Source: Chrysomallon squamiferum
Lineage: Eukaryota > Animalia > Mollusca
Direction: 5' to 3'
Assembly (NCBI GenBank): GCA_012295275.1
Contig: CM022674.1
Span: 12,958,001-13,022,000 of the forward strand
DNA: 64,000 nucleotides
Shown here: positions 59,122 to 64,000 of the stretch, piece by piece
Numbering within the stretch: the stretch's first letter is position 1
How the letters are laid out: the number at the start of each line of letters is the position of its first letter
The notes under the pieces: model-generated
What the model was told of the DNA's origin: nothing
Database searches by the model: none
The model's input: the letters and a program-made list of their open reading frames with translations, nothing else
Made by a program: the position numbers and the translations under genes

Positions 59122-59165
59122 GTACTACTACTACTACTACTACTACTACTAGTACTACTACTACT
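59044..59165. repeat. (CTA)n microsatellite
   Basis: Direct reading. Confidence 0.95.
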
Positions 59166-60309
59166 TTTACTCCTAGTAGTACTGCTACTAATTTAAGTTA
59201 ATAAAACGGGACACATTAGAAAATTATTTTTTATATATTGGTTTCGTTTTATAACAACAAAAAAAAAAAGGAGTTGCAGATAATTTCACTTATTTATTAC
59301 TAACTATTCGTTTATTCTGTTTATAAGTTTGATTGTTTATTAAGAATACAGTTATCATTATTATTTCAAAAAAAATATCTGTCATTTTTTAAATTTTGAA
59401 ATTTAAAAATTTTACTTTTTCTTCTCTCTCTCTCTCATCCCGTATCTCTTTAAAAATTAAAACACACACCTTTAATCATTATTTTTTAATTAAGTTTCGA
59501 TATTCCCACAATGACTTCAGAATTGTTCCAAACTCTCATCAGCTGATGAAACTTTAAGAACATTATCACACTGGCGCCAAAAAAATTGACGAGTGATTCC
59601 CTTTAAAACAATGAAACTCATCTCATTTGCTGGCGCTTTCGCAACATAAACACCAGGATAGAATTGGCTCAGTTGGGATTTTGGCCCCAGAGCCTCCCAG
59701 AGAAGGAGCCCATATGGTGAAATCGAACGGGGTCAACAACGATGGACCGATAAGACGTCGTCGAGGCGTCGTGTTGACACAACGTGCTCAAGGAAAGTTG
59801 CTCGGATAATGAACGAAAGCATGAATCATTAATTATATTGATAATTCCTTGTTTAATTTTCTCTAAGCAAAATTGTGCCTCGCAAGTCGATTTTCTGTTC
59901 TGTTTAAATTTCAGCCAATCCGAGATGACGAACAAAAGACGTGGAATTAAAAACGAGGTCTTATTATCTCCCTTGTTTACACTGCCCACTCGAGTAATGC
60001 TACGCTTTAAAACAAGCAGTGATTGCTTTTCCTGAAACTTTTATCGCGTCCCAGAAACAGTCAAAAACAGAAGGGTCATTATCAAATATTCCCTCTGTGT
60101 TGACTTTCGATTGAAGTCAAACAAAAAGTTTCTCGTAAAACCAGTTCATAAACCAAACAGATGACACAAGCGAACGACCGTCTTCCATATGACATCACGT
60201 GACATCAGTCTCACAGTTTTTTAAAAATATTTTTAAAAGTTTCCGAAAATATTTCTTTTATGTGTTGAAAATTATTTGCTCTTCGCGATTGTTGTAAAAA
60301 CAAAACAAG

Positions 60310-60346
<37 letters not shown>

Positions 60347-62142
60347 AAAGAAAAATGTCATCATATTTTTGTTCTTTCTGAAAAAAAAGGGGGAAAAAAA
60401 AAAAAAAATGTCTGCCTTATTGTACTTGTAGAAAATTAACATTTGAGAAGTTTTAATTAACAATGTCCCGAGGTGCAGGAATCGCTAACACCAAGAATCT
60501 ATCGCAAGATGTTTGATCTGAACAAACTTCGACTGACTTGTGATCAAGAGGTCTTGTTTGAGTGGAGTTCGTCGAGGCGAGGGGTTTGGTTTTTAACGGC
60601 TGTTTTTGATTTCCAGACAAAACGATAAACACTGAATGCAAACAGCGAAAGTCGCCTGTAGCCACGAGTTAAAGTCTGCTGTTGTGTGAGTTCGTTAGAA
60701 AGTTATTCTTGCTCCACTAAACTGTTCAGACGAACTAATAATTGATGGGACATTGTTCAAAGTTTGAGGCAAAGTTAAATATTTAATCTTTTAATTTGTT
60801 TGTCATCATAGTCGTTATCACCATCATCATCATCATCATCAGTCGCTTTTTTTCTTCTTCTTCTTCTGATTATTATTATGTTTATTATTATTTTATTATT
60901 ATGTTTTGTTGTTGTTGTTGTCGTTGTTGCTGTTGCTGTTATTGATGTTCTTGTTCTTCTTGTTATTTTTAGACCAAACACAAAATCCTTTGCTCATATT
61001 TCTTTGTAATGATCTAAAAATATTTTGTTAATGAACTGAAATTGTTCTTTATCTTCAAGTAATAGAAATGTTACGAAACCAGGATTAAAATTGTCAGTGA
61101 TACATATGTACAAAAATCATCCATACATAAATAACACACACACACAGATATACAGACACATACACGCATACATACATACATAAATACAGACACACATACA
61201 CACATACATACATACATACATGCAAACATACATAGATATACAAGCCAGCATTTAACTAAAGATTTTTGAATATTCATGAATAGGCGTATCTACAAATACA
61301 TTTCAATACGTTCCTAGATTTCACACGTTTCGTACACGTGTGTGAACTGAAGTAGATAATATTCCGGTTTTAATTTCTAAGAATTTTAAGTCGTGTTATT
61401 TTACTGCGAAAAGAATTTCAAGAATATTTATTTTATATTTGTTGTAAGGGGCGCGATCGCTTGCGCCTATTTCAAATATTCCAAAAATACAGACGTCAAC
61501 GACAACGCTATTTTCATCTTGAACGAATGTGTCATTGTCTTGAACCTCAACAATCGCATCCCAGTAACCACAGCACTCTTTTTAGCCATACGTTTTCAAA
61601 AGAAGCAAAGGGAGACAACTCGACGAAATTGTTATTTTTTTCTCAATGTTGTTTGCGATCCCACTTTATGTATCAAAACAAAGACAATGTGAACAAACAC
61701 AGAAGGAATGCGTCCTCTCCCTTTAGACTGCAGTTTTTTTTGTAAAATAAAACCGAAACTGACCTCTAGTCGCCATCTTTGTTCTGTTTCCTTCCAAGAT
61801 GTTTAACCGGACGCGATGGTTTGCGCAGCACGCAGAAACTGACAGAAATAATAAAGAAAGAGTTTCAACAGAGATTCTCTTCAAAGACGGACGGAGTTCT
61901 TACCGTGCATTAAAAATATCAACAATCGCGCGAATGTTCACACTGTTGACCGAAAGCGAAATGAACATTTTTCCGCGAAATGTTTCTCGCTCAGATTTCA
62001 GCATGTGTTGTTTTTTTAGGTTTAAATGTCGGCCTCAGTGAGTGTGTCTGTACCACGTTTGTGTTTACGTTTTCCCGTCGTACAGACCTGCCTGGTTGTG
62101 AGTCAGGCTTATCAAGTCTGATGTGTAGAAATCCAGTTCAAT

Positions 62143-62233
<91 letters not shown>

Positions 62234-62271
62234 ATTCTCTCTTTAACTCCTCTCTCCTTCTTTATTTCGTT

Positions 62272-62349
<78 letters not shown>

Positions 62350-62801
62350 GTCTGTCTGTCTGTGTGTGTGTGTGTATATATATATTGGTTTTTGTATAAG
62401 TTTTAGAAGAATTTATCTGTCATTTTGTCACATTACTCATTTTTTTTCTCTGTTTTATAAAGTTCTGCTAAGGAAATCCTTCAACAAGTAGACTTTTCGG
62501 TATGGGATATAAATAATTCTGTCGTAAGATTCTGTGTTGTTAATAAGTGATATCGAAATTTACTGTGTCTGGGATGGTTACAGTTATAGTTGCTCGCCCA
62601 CGATATTTTATATTTTGATGGAAGATATTTTAAAGCTGACATCTTGTAGTTTACTGTCTTGTCCCAAAACAAGACAGCGAAAGATCTATTTTATTTTATT
62701 TTTTCATTTTTATTTTCATATCTTTCTTAGTTTTTATTGTTAATATCCTCGTCATCATCATCATAATCATCATCTTCATCTTCATTATTATCATCATCAT
62801 C

Positions 62802-62867
<66 letters not shown>

Positions 62868-63072
62868 TAACACGACCCGAAGATATTTCGACGAAAAATA
62901 TACTTTTAAAAAAAAATCTTGAATGAATCTGTGTTAACAACTCTGACTGTTACTTCCTGTTTAATTGACCTGAGGACAAAATTAATGACCTTTGACAGCT
63001 GATTTGTACTTTTACATCTTCAGCAGCTAAAAGATTTTATTCGCATTACAAATTAAACTACACTATAATCAT

Positions 63073-63161
63073 CCCGTGATAGCTCAGTTGGTAGAGCGGA
63101 GGACTGTAGAGGTTTATACAAAGCTATCCTTAGGTCACTGGTTCGAATCCGGTTCGCGGGA
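63073..63161 (+). tRNA. tRNA-Tyr(GUA) with intron, CCCGTGA type
   Basis: Complete gene. Confidence 0.95.
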
Positions 63162-63566
63162 ATTTGTTTTTGGTTTTATTTGTCTACAAATAGATTTATT
63201 AGTGAACATTTTGTATTTCTTGTGTCTGTGTATTCATATATATGTTGGAAGCCGAAATCAGCCGAGTAGTCACGAAGATGACCGAAATGAAAAATAAAAC
63301 ATTAACAGTGAATTAAGTTATACTATTTAAATAAATATCTACTGATTTAACTTTTTTCTTTCTTTCTTTGTCATGTTAATTAAGCATATTAATGTGCTGA
63401 ATTTAACAGTAATAATCTAATCATAAAGGGGAGACAACCGTGTCGAAAACTTCCTGTTTAATTTGACCTCAGGACAAATAACCTTTGACATCACAATTTC
63501 ACCATTTCACTGGTAAGTAGTTAATACATTTTATTTCACATTATGAATTTATCTTTCACATATTAT

Positions 63567-63655
63567 CCCGTGATAGCTCAGTTGGTAGAGCGGAGGACTG
63601 TAGAGGTTTATACAAAGCTATCCTTAGGTCACTGGTTCGAATCCGGTTCGCGGGA
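63567..63655 (+). tRNA. tRNA-Tyr(GUA) with intron, CCCGTGA type
   Basis: Complete gene; T-run terminator downstream. Confidence 0.95.
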
Positions 63656-64000
63656 ATATATTTTTTACTTTAATTTCATTGTTTTGGTATTTGTGCGTGT
63701 CTCTGTTTCTGTAAAATTTGCGTGCTCAGAATTAATCATGACACAGAAAGATTTTGTTTTTCAAGTTACTGAACAGAAAATAAATGTGGTAGTTAGGTGG
63801 TTATTTATATAATTATCAAACAAATGATTTCATTCCATAAAAACAGGTTTGAAATCCAAAAAACGACAAGATCTCACTGCGTCCTGTCACCTATATCCCG
63901 TTCCAGACCGTTGCTCACCAACTGTTCTGTTAACAACTTTATTAAGGTTTCTTTCTGTCTAAGGGAAGGTTGCTGTTACGGCTTCTTGCTGTTTTTGAAA

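Noticed and set aside
62047-62110. Adjacent small hairpins (GTCTGTAC...GTACAGAC; GCCTG...CAGGC) as a miRNA or snoRNA
   Set aside because: Stems are too short for a pre-miRNA, no box motifs are evident, and I recognised no conserved miRNA here or elsewhere in the window; an Rfam search would be needed.
63870-64000. Possible 3' end of a minus-strand coding exon at the window edge
   Set aside because: All three frames stop within 20 codons and nothing is recognisable; needs the adjacent sequence.

Overview
AT-rich, microsatellite-dense eukaryotic (animal) genomic DNA. The gene set and motif content suggest a mollusc or other lophotrochozoan (inference). From left to right: (1) the 3' ten coding exons of a USP5/USP13-type deubiquitinase (1-6934, +), one of which is broken by indels; (2) a 2.84-kb non-autonomous Sola2-type DNA transposon with ~625-bp TIRs and an AAAT TSD (8008-10850); (3) a 3-exon, 792-aa 7TM receptor with a somatomedin-B-like ectodomain (12103-15474, +); (4) a 4-exon, 129-aa C3orf14/CEP15-like gene absent from the ORF track as a whole (16932-19408, +); (5) a single-anticodon cluster of intron-containing tRNA-Tyr(GUA) genes across 13.9-63.7 kb, with 19 intact copies and 5 degenerate ones, including a ~1-kb-period tandem array of convergent pairs at 36-41.5 kb; (6) small Tigger-like and hAT MITEs. 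No further protein-coding exons could be supported in 19.5-64 kb. Most notable: tandem repeats built from the genes' own exon-intron junctions at up to 7 splice sites, and a conserved extragenic module (TGACC element, GGGAGAYAAC motif, CTCF-like site) upstream of the tRNA genes. All calls were made by eye; no database searches were run.
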